DNA of 64,000 bases from Epiperipatus broadwayi (Eukaryota > Animalia > Onychophora): the NCBI GenBank assembly GCA_028023455.1, contig JAQFVV010000008.1, positions 16,864,001 to 16,928,000 on the forward strand, given 5' to 3'. Positions 1-10,130 of this stretch are shown here, in pieces. The notes under the pieces are model-generated. The model did no database searches. It was given only the letters and a program-made list of their open reading frames with translations, and was not told the DNA's origin. Made by a program: the position numbers and the translations under genes. Every line of letters begins with the position of its first letter. Position 1 is the stretch's first letter.

Positions 1-1645
1 ACTGGATAACCAATTTAATTTTTAGTAACAAAAAAAAAATTTATTAAATAACAATTAATTAGCAATTTCTAACAAAGTTCATTTTATCCACATGATAACT
101 CATTTTCATTTTACTTATGAAAGAGCTAGAAGCAGTTCTTTTTTTTATCAATAGTTCATTTACAAGTTCATTTATGAGAAGAAGTTTGGAAACAGTCTAA
201 TTCAACAATAGTTCATTTTGAATTCATTTATGAGAAGAAGCTTGGAAATATTCTAATTCAACAATAGTTCATTTTGAATTCATTTATGAGAAGAAGCTTG
301 GAAATATTCTAATTCAACATTCATTTTGAATTCATTTATGAGAAGAAGCTTGGAAATATTCTAATTCAACAATAGTTCATTTTGAATCCATTTATGAGAA
401 GAAGCTTGGGAATTTTCTTAATTCATTTTGAATTCATTTAAGAGAAGAACCTTAGAAGCAATCAAGCATTTATGGTTTATACAATAATTCATTTTGAATT
501 CATTTATGTGAAGAAGCTTGGGAGCAGTCAAGCATTTATGGTTTATACAATAATTCATTTTGAATTCATTTATGTGAAGAACCTTAGAAGCAGTCAAGCA
601 TTTATGGTTTATACAATAATTCATTTTGAATTCATTTATGTGAAGAACCTTAGAAGCAGTCAAGCATTTATGGTTTATACAATAATTCATTTTTTATGAA
701 TTATTATTGATTGGTAAACATTTAAACTTAGCAATTCTTGGTTTGTGGAGCATTTATCATTTGGTAACCGAAGCATTTATAATTCAGTCAAATATAAAAG
801 TATCTTCATACACATAAACTCTGTTTGGCTTGTGGAGCATTTATCATTTAGTAATTGCAGCATTTATAATTTAGTCAAATATAAGAGTATATTCATACAC
901 ATAAACTCTGTTTGTCTTGTGGAGCATTTATCATTTAGTAATTGCAGCATTTTTAATTTAGTCAAATATAAAGGTATATTCATACACATGAACTCTGTTT
1001 GGCTTGTGGAGCATTTATCATTTAGTAATTGCAGCATTTCTAATTTAGTCAAATATAAGAGTATATTCATACACATAAACTCTGTTTGGTTTGTGGAGCA
1101 TTTATCATTTAGTAATTGCAGCATTTCTAATTTAGTCAAAAGAAGGCGGGATATTTCATTTATGGAAAGTCATGGCACAGCGTGGAGAGATTGAAGCCGC
1201 TAAATTACGCCATTGTCATTATAATTCTTCTAGCAAAGCTTTCTTTTTCCATTTTAATGTGTCAAAAGAATTAAGTAATACACTTTTTTTTTTAAAAAAA
1301 AAATTAATATGTTCTGCCTCTTTGTGTAAGACGAGAGAGAAAAAAAAAGTTCTTTTCTTCCGACGACGTGCCTAATTTGAATACTGCCTCAGTTTAACTC
1401 AAGTATCTTTCTTTTTTTCTTTTTAATGATTGGATAATTAATTTCTTTTTTTTTTATTGAGACAGATAAAAAAAAATAAGATGACATAACATTTTATTCA
1501 AATCCATCAATCACAAAATTAAAAATATGATTTTTTTAAACAAATCACAGCTTTATTGCGTTCCCAATTAGACTGAATCACGCTAGACATTTTTGAATGG
1601 GGGGGTCTTTTGAATATTTATATGAGGAACAGCATATCTGTTTCA
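1..1645 (-). repeat. 3' LTR (partial) of the 1-6031 element
   Basis: Near-identical to 4386-6031 (offset 4385-4389); directly follows the PPT on the minus strand. Confidence 0.85.
145..1140. repeat. Three consecutive minisatellite arrays inside the LTR (56-bp x~5, 66-bp x4, 87-bp x~4.7); second copy at ~4530-5527
   Basis: TTCAACAATAG recurs at 201, 257, 313, 365. The ORF track shows 22-aa (66-bp) and 29-aa (87-bp) periodic translations at 418-690 and 745-1194. Confidence 0.95.
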
Positions 1646-2231
1646 TTACCCCTCACCAAATTTTGGGATGAAATCGCCTGGAAGTACGATTTCATTCCAT
1701 ATACTATACACATTATTTCTCAGTACTGCCTGGTTTTAGATATGCTGATGAATGGGTAAGATGAGCTGGAAAAGTGAATACATGAACCATAGCCTCCAAT
1801 GCCAGGATAAGTAGATGGCTGAGCACAAACTACCAGCATGCACCGCCCCATGATGTCACGAGAAAATATCTAATTTTTAAGCACTACCTCTCTTGTACCT
1901 AGAAGTATCATCCAACCAAGAATAGGAGCCAGAGAAAAAAAAACAATTTGGCACTCAGCCAACCCTGCTCAGCTTCGGTGAGTCTTAGGGGCTATCATTT
2001 GGCCTATCCATGAGACCAAGGCCTATACATGAGACCTATATATACGCACTGCTGGACTACTCTTGGAGCACAACATCCAGGTCTGGATAGTGCCGAGCAT
2101 ATACTTCGGAGCATCATAACACAATGCATCCAAGCAGCTTCGCTCAATCATCCACCATCTCAACATGAAAAACACAAGTTCATGCACCACTACACCACAC
2201 TCACAAACCTTTCCCATCAGCTATCTCTATT

Positions 2232-3629
2232 TTATTCTGAATCATAACTGCAACCTGGTTTAGGAGACTGAGAATCATGATCAGTTCTCCTATAGTCCTC
2301 TTTTGTATTATGAGATGACATACTTCTGGATCGTCTCTTTGTTGAAAATTTATCATGTTTAACATTACTGTGATGTCTTGCTTCTTCACTTCTGTATTTT
2401 CTTTGGAGATCATTGTTACTGTTTGATCTTCTAATTATACGCGTCCGATATGGGCCATGAATACCATCTGTGAATTTTCTCTTTTTCCTCTTCCATGGTG
2501 GTACTTCATTTTTACATAAAAGTTTCCTTTTAAATGGTTCTTCTGCCATAGTAATTATTTTTTTGGTATTTGCAAAGGTTTCTTGTTGTTTAATTTCTTT
2601 CACACTGATAAATCCCGAGTTTTCAGATTCCTTTTTGGTGTCTTTTCCTGCGTAAGCAACTATATTTTTAATAACTGTCTTTATATATTTTTTTTCTCTA
2701 CTCAGTTTTTGATTTGAGTTTATTAAGCTTTTGTTTATAATTTTTATATATGGCTGAGGACTAACACACTTTTCTTTCCAATTTGTGGTTTCTTTCTCTA
2801 TCTCCTTTGCTATTTCATAGCATATATCAGAGAATTTTTCTGAAACATTTTCTTCTATATTGGACAGTTCCTTAGTTATATGAAAATTAAGTTTTTGATT
2901 ATGTTCATTTTCATGTTTTTCATCTTCTTGAAGATTAGAAGATTTTAATTTTGCTTTATTAGATTCATTTTCATCCGTTTGAAACTCTTTTGCTGTGTTC
3001 GATACTATTTCATTTTCAGCTTCTGTATATACTTCTTTCTTTTCAATTTTAAAGGCATATTCCACAATCAGACTTTTTTCTGAAGGTAGACCAATAATTT
3101 CAAGATCACCATTCGTAATTTCAATTTCTTCCTTTTTAACAATCTCAAATCTTGCTTCATCAGTAATAGGGTATTCAATTTGTGATTCCTTTAAAATGTC
3201 TTTGGTTGGAAATTTCAAAGTCTCTTCCTCATCCAATTTTTTAGACTGAGTTATTTTTTTCATTAACTGGTTGAACTTTTCATTCTGTTTTTCCACTGCT
3301 TCTTTAATTCATTTTTCTATTCTTTGGTTTGCTTCTATTGCTTGCTTGTTATATTCTTCTCTTTGTTTATCCCATTTTTGGTTATATTCTTCTCTTTGTT
3401 TGATATCTTTTTCTCTTTGCTTATCCCATTTTTGGTTATCTTCTTCTCTTTGTTTATCCCATTTTTGGTTATCTTCTTCTCTTTGTTTGTCTCTTTTCTT
3501 TTTATCTTCTCTCTGTTTGATATCTTCTTCTCTTTGTTTATCTCTTTTCTTTTGGTCTGCTTTTATAATTTCTATTATCTGAGCTATCATAGCTATCTTT
3601 TCTGTTTTCTGAGCCTCCATGTTTACCAT
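2232..3629 (-). pseudogene. Single ~465-codon orphan ORF with one in-frame TGA (3309-3311): coiled-coil/33-bp-repeat N-terminus, E/K-rich middle, basic/RS-rich C-terminus; possibly gag-derived
   Basis: ORFs 3309-3629 and 2232-3296 are in the same frame (RIEK*IKEAVEKQ). It has KWDKQREEDNQ 11-aa repeats and a PPWKRKKRK NLS-like motif, sits between PBS and PPT, and shows no zinc knuckle. Confidence 0.7.
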
Positions 3630-3859
3630 TTTTTCTTTGTTTTCTGAATCAGTAAGCTTCTCTCTCCATCCACACCATGACTTTATTCCATCTTCTTTGA
3701 AATGCCTGTTTCATTCTTTATGCCATTCATTTTGTGTTTTTCTTTTAGACTTTTATTTTTCCATCCTTCCTGAACAAATTACATCACTACATCATATGCA
3801 CTGTTCATATCACAGAATCGTGATCTGCTTATGCCTATGAGTAGGCTAGCTAGATCGGA

Positions 3860-4045
3860 CCTCACAGTAGGGTGGCAAATTAACCGGCCTATGCCAGATA
3901 AGGCCTCACAGTAAGGCGCCAAATGTAACCGGGCTATGCTTATGGACAGGCTAGCTGGATAAAGCCTCACAGTTGGATGCCAAATGTCACCGGGCTATGC
4001 TTATGGACAGGCTAGCTGGATAAAGCCTCACAGTTGGATGCCAAA
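3860..4045 (-). other. Tandem array of four tRNA-Lys(CUU)-like primer-binding sites, each preceded by a copy of the LTR terminus
   Basis: CCTCACAG at 3860, 3904, 3965, 4026 (44/61/61-bp spacing). Minus-strand module is CCGGT(T/G)ACA-TT-TGGC(AT/GC)C(CA/TT)ACTGTGAGG; the known tRNA-Lys1,2 PBS is TGGCGCCCAACGTGGGGC. Confidence 0.7.
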
Positions 4046-6031
4046 TGTAACCGGACCCCCATACAACCCTTTTATTACGTCAGTTGTAAAAATTTTCTGA
4101 TGAGCATGCTGTAGGAAGAAACTATCAATTGACATTCCTAATGCAGATGTTAATGCCTTCTACAACAATATTTCCTGCTCATCAGAGGATGTAGTACCAT
4201 AAAGACTGGAAACATCTAAATATTTCTATGTTTGGTTTCCCAAAAAGCGCCATTAGAGTTCCGTCTCACTACAACCTGATTTGGGTAGGTCTAGTTATGT
4301 CAGACGTAGCTCAGAAGGCATGAGATTCTCATGAACCAGTGCTATAACTGATGAGTGATGCAATAAAACAAAACAAAATTGGACAACTGGATAATCAATT
4401 TAATTTTTAGTAACAAAAAAAAAATTTATTAAATAACAATTAATTAGCAATTTCTAACAAAGTTCATTTTATCCACATGATAACTCATTTTCATTTTACT
4501 TATGAAAGAGCTAGAAGCAGTTCTTTTTTTTATCAATAGTTCATTTACAAGTTCATTTATGAGAAGAAGTTTGGAAACAGTCTAATTCAACAATAGTTCA
4601 TTTTGAATTCATTTATGAGAAGAAGCTTGGAAATATTCTAATTCAACAATAGTTCATTTTGAATTCATTTATGAGAAGAAGCTTGGAAATATTCTAATTC
4701 AACATTAGTTCATTTTGAATTCATTTATGAGAAGAAGCTTGGAAATATTCTAATTCAACAATAGTTCATTTTGAATCCATTTATGAGAAGAAGCTTGGGA
4801 ATTTTCTAATTCATTTTGAATTCATTTAAGAGAAGAACCTTAGAAGCAATCAAGCATTTATGGTTTATACAATAATTCATTTTGAATTCATTTATGTGAA
4901 GAAGCTTGGGAGCAGTCAAGCATTTATGGTTTATACAATAATTCATTTTGAATTCATTTATGTGAAGAACCTTAGAAGCAGTCAAGCATTTATGGTTTAT
5001 ACAATAATTCATTTTGAATTCATTTATGTGAAGAACCTTAGAAGCAGTCAAGCATTTATGGTTTATACAATAATTCATTTTTTATGAATTATTATTGATT
5101 GGTAAACATTTAAACTGAGCAATTCTTGGTTTGTGGAGCATTTATCATTTGGTAACCGAAGCATTTATAATTCACTCAAATATAAAAGTATCTTCATACA
5201 CATAAACTCTGTTTGGCTTGTGGAGCATTTATCATTTAGTAATTGCAGCATTTATAATTTAGTCAAATATAAGAGTATATTCATACACATAAACTCTGTT
5301 TGGCTTGTGGAGCATTTATCATTTAGTAATTGCAGCATTTCTAATTTAGTCAAATATAAAGGTATATTCATACACATGAACTCTGTTTGGCTGTGGAGCA
5401 TTTATCATTTAGTAATTGCAGCATTTCTAATTTAGTCAAATATAAGAGTATATTCATACACATAAACTCTGTTTGGTTTGTGGAGCATTTATCATTTAGT
5501 AATTGCAGCATTTCTAATTTAGTCAAAAGAAAGCGGGTTATTTCATTTATGGAAAGTCATGGCACAGCGTGGAGAGATTGAAGCCGCTAAATTACCCCAT
5601 TGTCATTATAATTCTTCTAGCAAAGCTTTCTTTTTCCATTTTAATGTGTCAAAAGAATTAAGTAATACACTTTTTTTTTTTAAAAAAAAATTAATATGTT
5701 CTGCCTCTCTGTGTAAGACGAGAGAGAAAAAAAAAGTTCTTTTCTTCCGACGACGTGCCTAATTTGAATACTGCCTCAGTTTAACTCAAGTATCTTTCTT
5801 TTTTCCTTTTTAATGATTGGATAATTAATTTCTTTTTTTTTATTGAGACAGATAAAAAAAAATAAGATGACATAACATTTTATTCAAATCCATCAATCAC
5901 AAAATTAAAAATATGATTTTTTTAAACAAATCAAAATTTATTGCATTCCCAATTAGACTGAATCACGCTAGACATTTTTGAATGGGGGGGGGTCTTTGAA
6001 TATTTATATGAGAAACAGCATATCTGTTTCA
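4046..6031 (-). repeat. 5' LTR (1986 bp, TG...CA) of the 1-6031 element
   Basis: Plus strand begins TGTAACCGG at 4046 and ends CTGTTTCA at 6031; 4386-6031 is duplicated at 1-1645. Confidence 0.85.
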
Positions 6032-7824
6032 ATATATTGTGACAGAATGGGTTCGAATCCAGTTACAACTAGTATAATAGGTGACAGTCATGGTATATAT
6101 AGATTTAGTTATTATATTACACGGTGGTGATTATATAAATACACAGAACGAGGGGGGGATGTGCTCTGACATTTTGAAACGGTATGTATGTGCGTGTTAC
6201 AAACGTGTGTATAAATGGGTTTGATGGTTGGAGAGATAGAAATGAGGTTTTATTTCACTTACATTATAAAAGCCTAGAAATTTCCAGCAGAAATGAATTT
6301 TTGCTTTCTTTTGTTATTACAAGAAAAGCAGAAGGTGATAAAAGCTTTCAAACTTCAACTAAAATCTGGTTAGGTGGCAATTGGAGAAACAGGAAGTGCA
6401 GATCGAGCAAACTTTCTAGAACAAATGGAGGGAACTATAAAAGCAAGGGACCCAGAATGCCTCTTGTCTTGTTCGTGCAGAGATTGAATCATTAATGGAG
6501 TGGAATCGTTAGTTCAATTTCAAAATCAAAACCACAAGGTTACTGAATGGCGGCCAAAAAGGAAATCATGGGATAAAAGCCTAACGTATCAGGCTCAAAT
6601 CCCTAACTCCTACTAACTGCAGCTGCTACACTCAACAATAAACCAGATGCCTCTCTGGATTAAAACAACTATAAAGCAGATCCTCATCAAACGAAGACTG
6701 TATAATAAATCAAAGAATGGGAAACTTCGCGATGGATCATATATTTAGTTACCTGTGATGATCGGAACTATTAGAAGTAAAAATATATTCTTCCACAAAT
6801 TCTCTGGGGATGTGCAGGTAATAAAAGAACTTTATATATTGATGTACTAAGAAAGAAATTATTAACTGATTCTTTAGGCTTGCGTATGAGAATTCAACTA
6901 ACAAACAAAAAAAAAAACTTTGTTGTTAAGATATTACTTGCGGACACTAATTATCACTATTAGATATTCAGGTCACATGGGAAACTCGGTGAAGTGACCT
7001 CTAATAATAATAAAGAAACAAATAGAAAAGTAGTAAAAGGGAAATCTCTTTCTATCAATCTTCACTATTTGATATAGTTATAATAATGAATATTTGAAAG
7101 AATGTTGCATGTGTGTATGACAAATCAAAATGGCAGAGCTTTAAATATATTTATGTTTACAGGTTAAGGGTTAGATTATATATATTTTTTCTTATGTGAT
7201 TAGAAAATAATAATTGTCATTTGGAATAGTGATTAATAAATCTGATTCAATAATGAAATCGTATGGAGAAATCTTGTCTGTGTTATTTTTCTTTATGTGT
7301 ATTTTATGTATTATTGAAACTCTTATTTTCATTGTGTCTACTCTCAGCCATGACACCACCTGACCTGAGTCTGAGCTAGCTGATGGTCAAAACCTCTCTC
7401 ACATTTTTTAAGACAGTGGCTATTATTGGTAATATATTCACTTCGTATAATTCTTATTTTGTTATAAGATTGGCACTTGGAATCCTAGGAATGCCCATAA
7501 ATATCCATTGGGAATCTATTAGAGTTACTGAGAATGAATTCATAAGACATTCATATCAATTAGTGATTAAATCAAAAATAGTTTTGGTTAAATATATACG
7601 TAAGCACGTATGTTTAGAAATGAAAGTGTGTCAGGTGAAAATTTATTATTAGTAGTGATGGGGGGGGGGGTTGTTACAATAAATATGGATGAATTTTGAT
7701 ATTATTATAGAAAAATATATAATAACCAAGTAATATTTTTTTTATAAAGTTATTTATAATTTTAAATTAAAATTATGCAAATAATATTATATTCTAATTG
7801 ATCTTTTATTTTACTTGATTATTA

Positions 7825-8935
7825 AATAAGCATTTATTTTTATATCGTCTGTATATAATTGTAATTACATTCATATCGGCCTTTCAAGCCAATTGTGCAA
7901 ACGCTTTGCGAGTGTTAAATAATAAATGAATACCCTCTGACCAATACAAGATATAGAATTTATACAGGAATAAAAAGAATCCTCTTATTCCTACGACTCA
8001 AATATTTATATATGAGCAAATCTGAAGTACTGGAACAGAAGGCGTGACGATAGAACGGTCACTTTAAATTACTATATACAATGTCTGAATGAATGACGCT
8101 GATGAAATTTTCTAGAATTTACTAAACGTCATTTCAACTGAAACTTAATAAATAAGCATTTATTTTTATAGTGTCTGTATATAATTGTAATTACATTCAT
8201 ATCGGCCTTTCAAGTCAATTGTGCAAACGCTTTGTGAGTGTTAAATAATAAATGAATACCCTCTGACCAATACAAGATATAGAATTTATGCAGGAATAAA
8301 AAGAATCCTCTTATTCCTACAACTCAAATATTTATATATGAGCAAATCTGAAGAACTGGAACAGAAGGCGTCATTCATTCAGACATTGTATATAGTAATT
8401 TAAAATGACTGTTCTATCGTCACGCCTTCTGTTCCAGTACTTCAGATTTGCTATATATAAATATTTGAGTTGTAGGAATAAGAGGATTCTTTTTATTCCT
8501 GCATAAATTCTATATCTTGTATTGGTCAGAGGGTATTCATTTATTATTTAACACTCGCAAAGCGTTTGCACAATTGGCTTGAAAGGCTGATATGAATGTA
8601 ATTACAATTATATACAGACACTATACAAATAAATGCTTATTTATATATATGATTAAGTTTCAGTTGAAATGACGTTTAGTAAATTCTAGAAAATTTCATC
8701 AGCGTCATTCATTCAGACATTGTATATAGTAATTTAAAGTGACCGTTCTATCGTCATGCCTTCTGTTCCAGTACTTCAGATTTGCTCATATATAAATATT
8801 TGAGTCGTAGGAATAAGAGGATTCTTTTTATTCCTGCATAAATTCTATATCTTGTATTGGTCAGAGGGTATTCATTTATTATTTAACACTCACAAAGCGT
8901 TTGCACAATTGGCTTGAAAGGCCGATATGAATGTA
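7825..8935. repeat. 1.1-kb imperfect palindrome built from a 326-bp unit (two forward, two reverse copies) flanked by a 15-bp direct repeat
   Basis: Forward copies 7825-8150 and 8151-8370; reverse-complement copies 8368-8641 and 8652-8935. TTTACTTGATTATTA occurs at 7810-7824 and 8936-8950. Confidence 0.9.
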
Positions 8936-10130
8936 TTTACTTGATTATTATTAATTAAGATATCTAAATTATCAGATGACAAACCAGACTGCATCATGAT
9001 TAAAACTATTAATTTTAGAATAAAGATTTTATAGACATCTATAAATGTTATCATTATAATTTCAACTGTTGTTAATAAGTAAGATTTTCTCTAAGGATCT
9101 GTTAATATTACTTCACATAAAACTTCACTTTAACTTGCTTATCTTGCAGCATTTCCTTTGGTATTTTCATGTTAGTACAAGATATGTGATGGTTTCATAG
9201 ACCTTCTAATTCTTAAATGTTATCGATTATTTTTCTTTGTCAAATTTTACAATATAAGTAGATTTTGCACTCTTAAATTCAATGGTGATCAGCATAGTGT
9301 TTTGTTGTTTATCATTCCATTTCAGTCATAGACATCAAATAAAGAAAGTAGCATGCTCTTTTCTTTTCTAGGCTTCCTACTCACAATCCATTTTGTTTAT
9401 TGCTAATTCAAAATGTATTTATAAGATAAGTTAATGTTAAAATTATAAAACTTTTAAGGGGAAAAAAGATGTTTTTCTTTCTTATAAAAATCGTTTCTGT
9501 CTCTATATTGAACCGGGTCCATTTAAAAGAAACTGTTTAATTGGGTTTTAATCTTTTCACATAATTTTAAATTTTACATTTTTAACATTATGTGAATGGA
9601 CCGGCTCTTCAAGCAGAGGGGAGAATACCATCAACAGTAGAGCTATCAACGATACCCATGGTCAGACTGAGCTATGCAAAGCATAACACAATCACACTTC
9701 CAGACCATGGCCCACCTCGGGTGATAGATTCAAACCCTTACCATCCAAAGCATTTTATTTGTTTAGAGGTAAACCTCAGGTGGCTAATTACACAAAATAA
9801 TTAATAAGCCTGGATGGTAGTCCCATAATCCAGCACTTGAAATATCCCATGACTAGCTCATATTCTGTCTCAGGATCCAGCATATTTACTTAACACATAA
9901 AGTAACTTATACAGTAATTCACTGGTGACACAGTGACAAGAGAGAAAGAGAAAATAGACAAATTAACAATTAAGGCAAACATTAATATTTATTTTAAACA
10001 CACGCGTATATAATATAAAACAGTAATATTGAAATTTACATATAAAAAACATATAAGTAATTACTCCAGCTAAATTATGATAGTCCTTCGTTAATTAGTG
10101 TTCCTTCATTTAAATATAAAGAGTCTAGAT

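Larger units (their letters stand above)
1..6031 (-). mobile_element. Non-autonomous LTR retroelement (LARD-like, no pol) with ~2-kb LTRs; 3' LTR runs off the window start
   Basis: 1-1645 repeats 4386-6031 with about 20-25 differences by eye (~98%). On the minus strand the LTR starts TGAAACAG (6031 and 1645) and ends CCGGTTACA (4046). A purine-rich PPT TTTGGTGAGGGGTAA (1646-1660) abuts the 3' LTR, and a TGG-initiated PBS lies 2 nt after the 5' LTR. No RT/RH/IN motifs were seen in 1646-4045. Confidence 0.85.

Noticed and set aside
145-1140. CRISPR-like appearance of regular repeats
   Set aside because: Units are contiguous with no unique spacers, there are no cas genes, and the context is eukaryotic.
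418-1375. ORFs with periodic peptides (418-690, 472-699, 745-1194, 864-1139, and copies at 4806-5762)
   Set aside because: They are translations of 66- and 87-bp minisatellites inside the LTR; unit lengths divisible by 3 keep frames open on both strands.
3271-3647. Hydrophobic + strand ORFs (3271-3582, 3324-3647) that look like membrane proteins
   Set aside because: They are antisense shadows of the purine-rich 33-bp repeat in the minus-strand ORF.
4090-4365. Three CTGATGAG motifs near the LTR end as possible hammerheads
   Set aside because: No properly placed stem II plus GAAA and no consistent stem I could be drawn.
7110-7170. Possible first coding exon (ATGACAAAT...ACAG|GTTAAG) of the PARP14-like gene
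   Set aside because: It ends in phase 1 whereas the 14083 exon needs phase 0, and there is no homology support.
8090-8136. Functional hammerhead or C/D snoRNA in the 326-bp unit
   Set aside because: GAAA is replaced by TAAA and stem I does not pair in the required register; the box C/D spacing is too short.
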